The position numbers and the translations under genes are program-made. DNA of 64,000 nt from Clostridia bacterium (GTDB lineage: Bacteria; Bacillota; Clostridia; Christensenellales; DTU072), in NCBI GenBank assembly GCA_016297005.1, contig JAEDHK010000007.1, positions 27,465 through 91,464 of the forward strand, given 5' to 3'. Below are positions 39,077 to 50,800 of the stretch, in pieces. Position 1 is the first letter of the stretch, and each line of letters starts with the position of its first letter. The notes beneath the pieces were generated by a model. The model did not search any database, was not told the origin of the DNA, and saw only the letters and a program-made list of their open reading frames with translations.

Positions 39077-40549
39077 TTATTTCCCCTTACGTTCTTTTTT
39101 GGCTCTTCTACGCATGGGCCAATAGAATATCAGGAGGACCATCAGAATGACGGTGCAGAGAGCGGAAATCCACGTCAAGGAGCTGACGCTGAGTTTAATC
39201 ATCTCCAAAATACTCATAATGCTGTTCATGCTCTCTTGCATTTCCGGCTGACTTGCCACGATCTTTTCCGCAAATAAGGGCAGATACTTTATCAGGAACA
39301 TCGGCAAGCCGACGAAGAAGACGTGGGGCATCCAACCGAACATACGGGGGAAGAAAAGTCCGACCGTCTTGTTTTTGCAGAAGATGGTCTTAACGATGAT
39401 CTTAATAAGAACGTATGCCCAGCAAGCCATAACGAAGAACAAGAAGTATCCAACGTAAGAAAGTACTTTACCGACCATATCTATCGTGTCGGGGCCGATC
39501 TTGCTCAAAATCAGTTCTATAACGTAATTCTTTACGTCTTCCATGTTATTGAATTTTTTATCCGAAGACGATCCTTCGCCACCGGCACCTTCTTCCGCGG
39601 CGTTGGCTGGACCGTTTTCTATATCCTCTACCTTATCATCTTTTTCATCGGTTGCGTTTTCATCTTCAAAACCGAAGCCGTTAAAGAGGCTGACGATCAG
39701 GGTTTCCGTCGAGAACTGACCGTCAACGGAAAGCTCGTCAATAACTTTATTGAATTCTGCCACGATCTGTTTCTGATATTCGCTTGCTTTGGCTTCAATA
39801 TCTGCTTGGGTGTAGGAGTTGCCGGAGCTCTTTAATTCTTCTTCCGCGGCGATGCATTCCATTTTGTAAAGGACGGATGTATCGGCCGTGCTTTCCAGAA
39901 AAGCTATGGTTTCCGTCCTGTCGCCTTCGAGAAGCTTCTCGATCGTCGCAGCGAACTCGTCGATTGTCCGATCAATGTCTGTTTCGTAAATGCCTTTTTC
40001 ATTCAACATCTCCCAGACCTCTTCTTCGGTTACATCGCTACCCTCCATTCCCTCTTTAATGGCTTCTTTAATGGTTGCCTTGATCTCGTCGACCGCGGCG
40101 CGGACGACGGCTTTCATGGACTGCTCCACGACCTGATCGACGGTAGCGGTAATATTATCGATCAATTTGTCGATATTGTCGTTAATAAGGCCCTTCACTT
40201 CCTGATCGGCGTTCCCGAGAGCGCTCTTGGCAATCGAATCGCCTTTTAACGCGAAAGAAGCCGAGAACGACAGCTCAAAATCATCGTCAAGATACTTTGT
40301 GATATCGCCCATATTAAAACCGCCCTCTTCTCCCGCGGCTTTGATGGCTCCGTTTTGGGGAGCAGATTCCTGTTTCGGCATCATTTTTACAAGCGTATCT
40401 TTGTTTACGGTAAGCGTGATCTCCGCTTTCATAAAGTCGCCCACGTACAAAGTAACGATGGACGCGATACACAATGCGGCTATAATAATATTGAAAATAA
40501 TAATTTTCAAATTATTTCCGCCGCCCGAATTTCTTTCTTTTTTACTCAT
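39077..40549 (-). CDS. Hypothetical membrane protein (N-terminal TM, long acidic helical ectodomain, C-terminal 4-TM bundle)
   Basis: GGAGG SD. 490 aa. I recognise no family. Confidence 0.6.
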   Translation of the reverse strand: MSKKERNSGGGNNLKIIIFNIIIAALCIASIVTLYVGDFMKAEITLTVNKDTLVKMMPKQESAPQNGAIKAAGEEGGFNMGDITKYLDDDFELSFSASFALKGDSIAKSALGNADQEVKGLINDNIDKLIDNITATVDQVVEQSMKAVVRAAVDEIKATIKEAIKEGMEGSDVTEEEVWEMLNEKGIYETDIDRTIDEFAATIEKLLEGDRTETIAFLESTADTSVLYKMECIAAEEELKSSGNSYTQADIEAKASEYQKQIVAEFNKVIDELSVDGQFSTETLIVSLFNGFGFEDENATDEKDDKVEDIENGPANAAEEGAGGEGSSSDKKFNNMEDVKNYVIELILSKIGPDTIDMVGKVLSYVGYFLFFVMACWAYVLIKIIVKTIFCKNKTVGLFFPRMFGWMPHVFFVGLPMFLIKYLPLFAEKIVASQPEMQESMNSIMSILEMIKLSVSSLTWISALCTVILMVLLIFYWPMRRRAKKERKGK

Positions 40550-40589
40550 ATAAACCTCCTTGTTGTGTATGAACTTTTTTCTTTAAATT

Positions 40590-41384
40590 CTATTCGGCAA
40601 TGTCGCCGAGTTTATCCAATATGTATCCGGGACGATAAGGAAACTTTTTTATGTTCTCCAGGTCTGATACGCCTGTCAGAACAAGTACGGAAGTAAGACC
40701 GGACTCGATCCCCGCGATAATGTCGGTATCCATACGGTCGCCGATCATTACGGCGTCGGCAGAATGGACGTTCATCATATGGAGCGCTGTGCGCATCATG
40801 AGCGGATTGGGCTTACCGACATAATAGGCTTGCACGCCGGTAGTAAGCTCCAACGGGGATACAAGAGCCCGACAAGCGGGCACGTTACCTTCTTCATTCG
40901 GGTAGGTCAGGTCGCTGTTAGTGCCGATCAGGCGCGCGCCCTTTTCAACAAGGCGCATCGCTTTGCACATGGCGTCGAGATTATAGTTATACGTTTCTCC
41001 GATAACGACGTAATCGGGATCGTAATCGTTGATGGCGATACCCGCCGAATAGAGCGCGTTATAAAGATACGGCTCGCCAACAACGAAAGCGCTGCATCCG
41101 GGCGACTGCAGGGATAAAAACCGCGCCGTCGCTTGCGCGCTGGTATAAAAGTGGCTTTCGTCTACGTCCAGCCCCATACGGCTGAGCTTGGTCTCCAACT
41201 CTTTCGGCGACTTGCCGCTGTTGTTTGTCAAAAACAGAAACTTCTTTTTATGCTTTTTGACCCACGCGATAAATTCCTTCACGCCCGGTATGATCTCGTT
41301 GCCGTGATACACAACGCCGTCCATATCGCAGATGAAGGCTTTTTTCTTACGTATTTCCTCTATGTCTTTCTCAAAGTAAACCAT
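40590..41384 (-). CDS. HAD-IIA family hydrolase (NagD/AraL-like sugar phosphatase)
   Basis: FICDMDGVVYHG (DxDG), LTNNS, GDRMDTDI. Confidence 0.8.
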   Translation of the reverse strand: MVYFEKDIEEIRKKKAFICDMDGVVYHGNEIIPGVKEFIAWVKKHKKKFLFLTNNSGKSPKELETKLSRMGLDVDESHFYTSAQATARFLSLQSPGCSAFVVGEPYLYNALYSAGIAINDYDPDYVVIGETYNYNLDAMCKAMRLVEKGARLIGTNSDLTYPNEEGNVPACRALVSPLELTTGVQAYYVGKPNPLMMRTALHMMNVHSADAVMIGDRMDTDIIAGIESGLTSVLVLTGVSDLENIKKFPYRPGYILDKLGDIAE

Positions 41385-41896
41385 TATTTCTTTTCCACAA
41401 AATAGACTTCTTTCATCCGTTGCGGCACGGTGGGCTTATCCATCCGATCGGTGGGGACGGAAGCGATCTTATCGAGTGTCTCTTCCCCGGCGATCAGTTT
41501 TCCGAAAGCGGCGTATTGCCCATCGAGATAGGGTACCTTTTCCAGACAGATAAAGAATTGGCTGGTTGCGCTATTCGGATCGGCAGTACGGGCCATGGAC
41601 AGGACTCCTTTGGTATGTTTGAGCGGGTTATTAACGCCGTTGTATAAGAATTCGCCTTTGATCCTATTTTTGCTGCCGCCGGTACCGTTACCGAGAGGGT
41701 CTCCTCCCTGAATAACGAATCCGGGAATAACGCGGTGAAAAATAAGACCGTTAAAAAAGCCCTCTCCTACCAATTGGCGGAAGTTCGCGCAAGTAAGAGG
41801 CGCGGCGGTATCGTCCAACTCGGCGATCATGCTGTCGCCGTTTTCCATGTCTATCTTAATTAAAGAAGTTGCTTGCTCCGTTCTGAAAAATTCCAT
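41384..41896 (-). CDS. ppiB: Cyclophilin-type peptidyl-prolyl cis-trans isomerase
   Basis: FHRVIPGFVIQGGDP and SQFFI. Confidence 0.9.
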   Translation of the reverse strand: MEFFRTEQATSLIKIDMENGDSMIAELDDTAAPLTCANFRQLVGEGFFNGLIFHRVIPGFVIQGGDPLGNGTGGSKNRIKGEFLYNGVNNPLKHTKGVLSMARTADPNSATSQFFICLEKVPYLDGQYAAFGKLIAGEETLDKIASVPTDRMDKPTVPQRMKEVYFVEKK

Positions 41897-41946
41897 TTTT
41901 TCTCCTTTTATCTAAAACAAGAAGCGGCCCTCGCCGCTCCTTTATC

Positions 41947-42498
41947 TCAACCATAGATATTATAGTCGGCGATCAGTTTTTTCATGGCCTTAAAAAACTT
42001 ATGCCAGAAGACAAGGGGACCGATACCGACGAGTAAAACGCCGAAGACGTTCCAACCCCAATAAGAAGCCTCGCTGAACTTATATTTGATATTCCGGCGT
42101 TTCAGTTCGTTACCGATACGGGCGCAAAGATTATTCATATAAATAACGCCGTAAATGCCGAGCGTAATAAACGAAAGAAACGCTGCCAAGCAATAGTAAG
42201 GCGTGTTCTTGCGGTCGTAATCGCTTGCGATCAGATTGATCTCCTGGCTGACGTGGGAAAGAACAACCAGTCCGTAAATGCCGAGCGTAACGATATTCAA
42301 AAGAACGAACAAAATCATGCCGCGCGCACGCTTTTTGATGGGTACCGGCTCGTACGTAAAGGCGTTCGCATACGCGGGCGGAATGGGCGCGCCGTATGGA
42401 TTATTTGCGACAGAATAAGCGCCGCCGCACGCTTGCGGATAGTTACCGGGCATGGTCGGAACGACTTGTTTTGTCTTTTTTGAAGATTTACGCGCCAT
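41947..42498 (-). CDS. DUF4234 domain-containing membrane protein
   Basis: Pro-rich N-terminus followed by repeated TLGIYG TM hairpins typical of DUF4234. Confidence 0.55.
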   Translation of the reverse strand: MARKSSKKTKQVVPTMPGNYPQACGGAYSVANNPYGAPIPPAYANAFTYEPVPIKKRARGMILFVLLNIVTLGIYGLVVLSHVSQEINLIASDYDRKNTPYYCLAAFLSFITLGIYGVIYMNNLCARIGNELKRRNIKYKFSEASYWGWNVFGVLLVGIGPLVFWHKFFKAMKKLIADYNIYG

Positions 42499-42802
42499 AA
42501 AATACCTCTTATTATTATATTGCTATAATAATATAACATGACTTGGTAAAAGTCAACACCGAAAAGCACATCGAATAAATTTATTGTCTCGTTTTGAACC
42601 GAAAACAGAAAAAAAGCTTGCCTTACGATATACGTGCCTGACGTTCTTACGCCGATCGCATGGAAAAAACGTTTTCCCTCTTTCCGTCTTTTCACGATCC
42701 GATCCCAAATCATAACGGAACAGCGGTAAAAACATGTCTTTCTTTCTTCATAGGCATTTCCTCGCCTGCCTGGGCTCTCGAAAAAACTTCTTGAAACCGA
42801 CT

Positions 42803-43609
42803 CTATAACATTCTTCTTGCCGTGATATAGTTATCCCATCTGCTTGCGGTCATTTTTTCAATGACGGCATGATCGGAGGCGGTATGCAGAATATAATTGT
42901 CGCCGAGATACATCGCTACGTGCCCGATACGCTCCGTCCCCGTATTGTTTTTCCGCGAAGAATTTGTCATAAAAAGCAGATCGCCGCGTCGGATATCTTC
43001 TTTTTCGACCGACGTACCTTGCGCGACCTGCGTACGCGTCGTCGATTGCAGAACGACCTCCGCTCCGTAATAAAATATGTACTGCATCAAGGAGGAACAA
43101 TCGAATTCGTCCGTCGTAAAACCTTTCAGCTTATTGCCGTAGCCGTCGTGCAGGCGCGTCGCGCCGTAGACGTACGGAGTGCCGAGATAGCGTTCTCCCA
43201 AAGCGATTACGCTTTCTGTGCGCTCGTCCTGAACACTCATTTCCGTCAGCGTGGTATATCGGACCGAAACATAGGCCTTATTTCCCCGATAAAGGGTGCG
43301 ATACCACTCTCCCTCTTCGCCATAGTACGCTACCATGTCTCCTTCGTCCAGCGTTCCGATTACCTCGGCGGTAAGACTCGGTCCCGACCGGACGTTCAAA
43401 GAGGACGATTTGCTTTTTACGTACTTTTTCGTAAGGACATGTGCGGTTTCTTCCGGTTCCGTCGTCGGAACGGATTCTTCCTCTTGCGTCCTATCGGATA
43501 CATATAAATCCTGAAAATCAAGAGTTTGGGATTCTGAACTTTCGTTAGCGGAACACCCATAAAAGGAAAACAGTAATATTACGGATAAAAACAGAATTAA
43601 CTTTTTCAT
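42803..43609 (-). CDS. SH3b + NlpC/P60 (C40) cell-wall peptidase lipoprotein
   Basis: Lipobox FYGC, an SH3-like region (LNVRSGPS...), catalytic FDCSSLMQY and GHVAMYLG...H. Confidence 0.8.
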   Translation of the reverse strand: MKKLILFLSVILLFSFYGCSANESSESQTLDFQDLYVSDRTQEEESVPTTEPEETAHVLTKKYVKSKSSSLNVRSGPSLTAEVIGTLDEGDMVAYYGEEGEWYRTLYRGNKAYVSVRYTTLTEMSVQDERTESVIALGERYLGTPYVYGATRLHDGYGNKLKGFTTDEFDCSSLMQYIFYYGAEVVLQSTTRTQVAQGTSVEKEDIRRGDLLFMTNSSRKNNTGTERIGHVAMYLGDNYILHTASDHAVIEKMTASRWDNYITARRML

Positions 43610-43668
43610 AGGTGGATTTTATCATGAAATCCACTCTTCTTTCCGTGTAAAATAGTGGAAAAACTAAC

Positions 43669-44859
43669 TTATTCGACGGTATTATCCGGCAAAGCAGGGG
43701 CAAGGCCCTCCGCTTTATCCAATTTTTTCCGGATTATATCGTTTCTGCGAGACGCTTCGCCAAGTATCCTGTTGACGCCCTCGATCTGCCCTTGCGCGCG
43801 CGTAATCTGATCGGCGAACTGAACGAAGTCTTTTTTAAATTTCATCAGCAGGTCAAAGACTTCTCTGGAAGACTTTTGTACGGCCAGCGTGCGAAATCCA
43901 AGTTGCAGACTATTGATAAGAGCAGTGATAGTCGTCGGTCCTGCGGGGATAACTTTTAATTGCCCTTGCATTTCTTCGGCCAGGCCGGCGTTACGGATGA
44001 CTTCGGCATAAAGGCCCTCCGTCGGCAGATACATAACGGCAAAATCGGTTGTTTGCGGAGGATTAACGTAGTTATCGCGGATACTTCTCGCCTGCTTTTT
44101 TACGGCGGCGGCGAAAGCCTTAGAGGCTGCTTCTACCCCGGCGACGTCGCCCTTCTCGGACGCGTCCAACAGGCGTTGATAGTCCTCGGACGGAAACTTG
44201 GCGTCGATGGGTAAAAAGACTCTTTCGCTTTCTTTTTTTCCGGGCAAGACGATAGCGAAATCGACCAACCCCGAGTCGTCTCCTCTTCTTCGACCGGTAA
44301 CGTTATATTGTGTGACGTACTGCTCTTGCGTCAGGATCCCTTCCAGAATATTGGCCAAACTGACTTCGCCCCATACGCCGCGTGTTTTTACGTTGGTAAG
44401 AACCTTTTTCAGATCGTTGACCCCTCCGGAAAGACTTTGCAACTCTCCAAGGCCTTTATTCACTTCATCCAGGCGTTGATTGATGGTCGTAAAGGTGGAC
44501 GAAATGCGCTCGTTGACCGTCTTCGTCAGTTTTTCTTCCACAACTTCGCGCATGGCGTTCAATTGCTTTTCGTTATCGGCACGGATTTCAGTCAGATTTT
44601 TTTCCACCTGTGTACGCACTTCCAGGATCCGCTGTTCGTTGGTTGTGCTGATGGTTCTGACGTTTTCCATCACGGCGCTCAACGTAGAATTAATGCCGCT
44701 GACAACAGCGTTATTGGAGAGGTTCGTTATTTCCGAAATATAGGTGCGTAAGCGATCGTTTTCTTGGGTAACGTTTTCGAGCTTTGCCGAAACGGCGTCT
44801 AAAGAAGCCGCCATACATTTTTGTTGTTTTAGCAATTTACAAATGGAAAAAAAACACAT
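43669..44859 (-). CDS. rmuC: DNA recombination protein RmuC
   Basis: Coiled-coil N-half and an RmuC nuclease-like C-half (DFAVMYLPTEGLYAEV). It starts 9 nt after the upstream stop. Confidence 0.8.
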   Translation of the reverse strand: MCFFSICKLLKQQKCMAASLDAVSAKLENVTQENDRLRTYISEITNLSNNAVVSGINSTLSAVMENVRTISTTNEQRILEVRTQVEKNLTEIRADNEKQLNAMREVVEEKLTKTVNERISSTFTTINQRLDEVNKGLGELQSLSGGVNDLKKVLTNVKTRGVWGEVSLANILEGILTQEQYVTQYNVTGRRRGDDSGLVDFAIVLPGKKESERVFLPIDAKFPSEDYQRLLDASEKGDVAGVEAASKAFAAAVKKQARSIRDNYVNPPQTTDFAVMYLPTEGLYAEVIRNAGLAEEMQGQLKVIPAGPTTITALINSLQLGFRTLAVQKSSREVFDLLMKFKKDFVQFADQITRAQGQIEGVNRILGEASRRNDIIRKKLDKAEGLAPALPDNTVE

Positions 44860-44868
44860 ATCCCACCG

Positions 44869-47800
44869 CTACCGGATTTTGTTTCCCTTGGGTATGCCGC
44901 GCGCCTGACGGCGATAAACGGAATTTCTGTAAGCGCGGTTATAGCTGTTCATAAAGCGGCGTTGACGGATTCCCATGATAATAAATACAAGGAAAATAAG
45001 TCCAAAGAGAGCGCCGCCGATATAGAGCAGATACTTGATCATCGTTGCAGTAAGAGGAATGCCGAAGATACTGCCGTACGTATCGGTACGAACCTGCTGT
45101 TCCTGAATGTCGGCGGTAACGCACAGTACGAACGTACCTAAACCGGTTGTAGAGAAGCGGACCGATTTACCGTCGGGCTGAATGATACTGCCATCGACCT
45201 TTCGCATCGAACCGTCGTCAGCCAAAGAATAAACGTCGAAGTAGATATACGAGCGATACTCTTCGGGTATAGGCAATTGCACCTGGATATTGCTCGCAAC
45301 CGTTTGCGCATAAGCTCCGGTAAGCGAAACGCGGTGGATAGATACGATAGCGCGTGGAGAACCGGCCTCAACGGTGTTCATCAGCAACGCCTGCGCGTTC
45401 TTATATGTATCGGTATCAACGTTATAATCGGTCACCGCGACCGTTGCGCCGGGCGCAAAGTCGCCGTCGAGCATGACGCCCGTTTCTTTATCGGACAAAA
45501 GCAAGACTTCGCAGGCTTCTTTCATATCCATCAGTTTGTTATACAGGTTCGACGTAAAGCAAGACTTCTGATCCTGCGACAGATCGAAATACTCGTCGTA
45601 CACGCGTAAAATTTCGGTATAGTCTTCCGCCTCGACCATGTTAATGGCAGGCAGTTCGGTCACGTGTTGCTCGACCTTTTCCACCTGTTCCATCAGTGCG
45701 AACAACTTATCAAACTGATTCAGAAAGTTTTTATAATACGCATAATACCTGCTCGTAGAGTCGCCGGTAATAGCCGTCTGAATCCACTTTTGACCATAAA
45801 CTTCGTAGTTTTGGAAAGTGGTGCGATAACGGAGCATTTCTTCATAGTCGGAACGAAGCTCGAAACTGCTTCTGTTCGCCAATTTTTCGAGATAATCTCT
45901 GTATCCGTCAATCTCCGTTTGCAACGTTTCCATTCTGTCGCGCAGACGAGAGATCAGGTTCTCGAAATATTCAATACGGCTCTTCTCCATATAGCCGGCT
46001 TCCACCGCAAGTCCGAGCGTATGTTCCAAGTTATCGACCATGGTTTTGTCTTCGTCCGTCAGTTTTATGGTATTGACGGTGAGCGGGAAGGGCACAACGT
46101 ACATCTCAAAATGGACTTCGTGTCCGGCCTTATCGCGTACGTATACGTTAACGTAACCGCGATAGTTGATATCGGGGTTGGGTTCGGACGCCTCATGACG
46201 GATCGAGTTATCGACGCTGCTGGTCGACAGGACGTATCCGGTCGGATCAAACGTAAAGCCGCGGCTGTCTTCCTTGACGGTAATATATTCGACGATATCG
46301 AGGTTATCGCCGTGCACGACCACTTGCAGGTCGATATACTGTTCAGAACCTTCGATGACGTTGATACCTCCGGAGAATTCGATAGTAGGCGGCGTGGTAT
46401 CGATATTGATATCGAATTCCACGGTATAAGACTTACCCTTAGAAGGATCGCCGTTGGCACTGGTCGCCGTAACGATCAATTTACCGGTCTTCTTGCGAGA
46501 AACACTTACTTCGGTATCACTCCATATATGGCTTTCCGGCTCGTTCATCGTTTCGTCCTGCCAGGTGTAGGTATATACGACGGGGGACACGTTGTCGATC
46601 GATCTTTCTTTAGAAACGCTGACCGTATTCATGCCCGTCCATTCTCCGCTGGCAATGATCCTTTCGATACCGCTGGCCACCCCTTCGTCGTTTTCTTCAT
46701 ACGCTTTACCCGTCATCGTAAAGACGGGGATTTGCTGATCGACGCTGACGCGGACGTTGACTATTTTCGGCTCGATATTGCTTGCGCCCGAACGACTGAC
46801 GGCGGTAATAACGATGATTGCGTCCCGGTTCAGATTAAAGCCGTCCAGACGATCGGTCGTGAACTGCTCGTAGCTGACCAACTCTTTGCCCTTTCCTTCG
46901 CTGGAAGAGGCCAGAGGCGCCTCGATCGACTTATTGGAGTTAAGATAACGTAAGTAGTAATAAACGCGCACGCCGGAAGCGGGCATTCTCGTAATGTTGA
47001 TATTGATAGTAACGGGTCCGTTGGTCCAGTTTTCGTCGCCGCTGAACAAGTCGATGGTGTTTCCGCCGATATAGAGCAATCCGTTATGATCACGCATAAC
47101 AACCTCGAACTCAGGCACAGTCTCATCAATTGCGACATAAATATTGCCACAGTCTACGTAAGACCCGGCCTTGTTAACCGCCCGGAAGGAGAAGGTCGCC
47201 ATAACGCCGTTCTCAAAAGGATGGTTTCCGTTCGCGTCCACATAATCTGCCAAAGAATCGGCCGTAAAGCGGATTTCTTTCATTTCGTCCGAAGAGTAGT
47301 ACGCGACGGCACCGGCTTCCATATAATTATACCAGGTGTTACCGCTATCCACGGAGAACATAAAACGATAGTAGTCGGGGACGTTGTTACGCTTATTCGA
47401 CTTAACGGTCATACTGACGCCGACCACTTCTTGCCATAAGAATTCGTACATTCCGTTGGTACCGTAATCGGCGCTTCCTGAGCTCGGCGCAAGCGTAGTC
47501 GCGGAAAGTTCGCTCGGGTCGTAGTTGAATTCGTATATCGTGGTGAGCGTTACCGTATAGCCGCCGGCAAGTCCCGTCTCCCATTTTGAAGAACCGGCAA
47601 AACCGGTAGAATGCGTCGCAACGCCATTGATGGCGAAGATCATCAGATAGACGGTACAAAAGTTTTCTTTTGAGAAGTTATTCGCAAGGGAAAAAACGTT
47701 GAGTCCCGCATTATCGAGCAGCGTCATATCCGAAACGGTAGAATACTTCTTTTCGGTAACGTCGGTGGGAATAGACGGCAACCGCATATAATAATAGGAG

Positions 47801-50800
47801 ATCGACGAGTGCGTCAGATCGGCGTGAATGGCCGAAGCGTTAAGCGTGATCTCGTCTTTGGTGTTGACGGAAACGATCTTTCTCGTCGTCGCCTCGTCAA
47901 TACGCTCTTCGATCAGTCCGTCTGCCGTTTTCCCTTGAATGATATGGAGAATATCGGGAGTCGTATTGTCGACGCGCAGGATCTTGACGGATTCAAAACC
48001 GATCGAACGGTATTTGGCTTTATTACACACGCTGAGCCCTATATAACCGTAGAAAGATCGATTGGTAAAGGGAATGGTAAAGACGTATTCGTCCAATCCG
48101 TTATACTCTCCGGACGCCGCGATCCAATTGCTTTCGGTAGAAAGGATGGTATTGACGTCGGGGATTTCGCCGCGAGTGCCAAAAGAGATCAGCATGTAAT
48201 AGTAAGTATAGCCGTCGCCCGCCTTGATCTTATTTCCCTTGTCGTCGATAGGAAGCGTCACGTATATTTCGAGCGCGCCGCGCTTCCAGATACCGGCAGC
48301 CATATTGTCTTCGTCCGTCTCCCCTCCTTCCAACGAAGAAAGCGCGTCCAGACGATATTGGATGGTAATGTTCAGGGTGTCGTACTCGACGCAAACAACG
48401 TAAAAACCGCTCGTATTCGAAACGTTCTGCCAGTTACGCGCTTTACTCTTTAAGTAAATGGCAAAATACAGCGTGCCCTGACTGTCCGAGGCAATCTGCG
48501 CGTTAATGGCGTTTTCGGTCAGCTCAACGTATTTTTTAATGGAAGAAAGGTTATCTTCGGCGGCAATACGGCTTGCAAAAGCAAGCAGTTCGCTGTCCGT
48601 CGGCACGGCGCCGGCCATATCGATCATATCCGCGGTAAAGGGATAATAAAACAGTCTGTAATGATCTTCGATCCCCGCCGCGTCCAAAGAACTTGAGAAA
48701 GTCAAAGAGATATCCTCGCAAACGGAAAACGCAGAGTCGGACAACACACCGGAACCGGCGTTAATCGTCCAGGAATGACTGTTCTTGCCCGTCGCGCTGT
48801 TAATATCCGCGCTCTTCAAGCGGATCACGTCGGTCGAGTCGAACTTGGCGCTGAAAGAAATATCGGTGGAGATGCCGCTACCGGTATAAATACGATAACG
48901 ATACTCGGAAACGGCGATCGCTTTGCTCGCGTCGTTGTTATTCAGACTGAAAAAGTAATAATACTTACCGAAGCTGCTTCCGGCCGTATTGGCTTCGTGG
49001 AAGTCGACCGTGTGCACGCCCGCCACTTCCTGCCAGACGAGGTTGCCGGCGGTATCGTACATGGGATTGCCGTTGCTATCCTTGGCAAAATCCATATCTT
49101 TAAGATTAATACCGGATACGCCAACGTCGACAGCCAGGACCAGGTAGATAGATCCGTTTACCCAACCGGCGTCCGGATTGTCCTTATCGGCTATTTTAAG
49201 CATCCGCCCGTCATTGGCAAATTCTTTTATTTTTTCAATGTTTTTCAAGTCTTCGGAACTGATCTCGCCCGTTGTCGGGTAGACGTACGCGTCCCAGGTA
49301 TACGTCGGCTCCAACACGTCGATACGAATGATATCATAAGTCGTCTTGGTATCGGCATTGAGTTTTTTTGCGGCGTTCATAGCGCGTATATTGAAGAATG
49401 CGTTTGCGCTGGCGACCAGGTCGAACTCATAGATCCAAAGGATCTCTCCGTTCTTCTCGTCGTAAAACTCGGACGGAACGCCCACCGAACTCGACGCTTG
49501 CGATTTGATCTTAGCCTCGGTCGTGCCTTCTCCCGTCAATTCGTCCGTCCAATAATAGAAGGTATATTGCGTTGTGGGATGATCGGCCGAATCAACCGAG
49601 ACGATAGCGCGGATAGTCGCTTTATCCGCGATCCATCCATCCTGATTATATTGTGCGATAAGATAGTTCTCTTCCGGAAGCGTAAACGTAAACACGCTGT
49701 TTACGACGGTTACGCATATTTCCAACTCGCCGCTGGACAATCCGGCGCCGCTGACGATCTTGAACTTAACGTATTGCGTTCTCGAAATATCAGTTCCGAT
49801 CCCCAAAGAATAGTTATAGGATTTTTCATCGCCGGAAATCTCGAAATCGGTCATCTTCTGCCAATTGTTAGTATATTGGTCACGCGCGCGCGCTTCTTGA
49901 TAATAGAAAGTCGCGCCGCTGGCGTTAAAAACAGGCTTCCCCTCGGCGCTTCTGTTATACACCTTAACGGTGACCTTATTGTTGGCGTAATCGTATACCG
50001 TAACGGCCGATACCGTTCCGTTCAGTTCCATCGCCTGTTCGGTCGAAGAAAGTCTTTTGTCGCAAACGTCCGTCGTGTTTTCTCCGTCCGGGTCAATAGT
50101 GTACCCTTCGCTGAGGATCTGCGGAGGCACGCTGTCGATATTAACGACGTAACGGAAAGAATACTCGAAGTACTTACCCGCTTCGGTTACCGCACGGAAA
50201 AGCACCGGATTGGTCGAAACGGTAATTTCCAGATCGGTACCACCCATCTCGACAAAACCGGCTCCGTTGGCAGAATATTGATAGGTAATGGAAGAAATAC
50301 ATCTGCTCGTGTCGCTCAGTCTGAAATGAACGCTGTTGCTCGTCCACGAAGCCGATTGATAGTCGATCAACTCCGCCGCTACGTTATAGGTTTGCGCCGA
50401 AACGTCGAAGTTGGGCGTAGCGGGGTCGATTTTGATAAAATAAGGTTCGCCGCCCAAGCCCTCCGGACCACTGCCATAATAAGAAAACTTCGGATATTCT
50501 CCGGCGATATCCGTCACACGGAACCAGATCACAACGCTGTCAAGGCTTTTGGAAATGGACACTTCGTTATTTCCGTTCCGGAAAAACTGCCAGTTAGAGA
50601 GTTTCGCCGCGGCAACTTGCGCAAGTTCCTGCGCTTCTGCGTCGGAATAAAGCCCCGTTTCGCGGTATTCTCTGTATTTCGCTTCGTAATAGCCGTTGAA
50701 GTTTTCCGAATAAGAAATCTTCTCGCGGGATTCGTTATAAACGTAATTGCGTTCGCCGGCCTCGTTCGTCGTCGCGTTGGCCTCCATCGTCGCCGTCGTT

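Noticed and set aside
42499-42802. 300-bp gap between the DUF4234 and NlpC/P60 genes, examined for a c-di-AMP (ydaO-type) or other riboswitch. Also the ORFs 42315..42713 and 42553..42735.
   Set aside because: It is on the wrong side of the NlpC/P60 gene for a leader. I could see no conserved riboswitch motifs or strong nested helices. The ORFs overlap DUF4234 out of frame and lack SDs.
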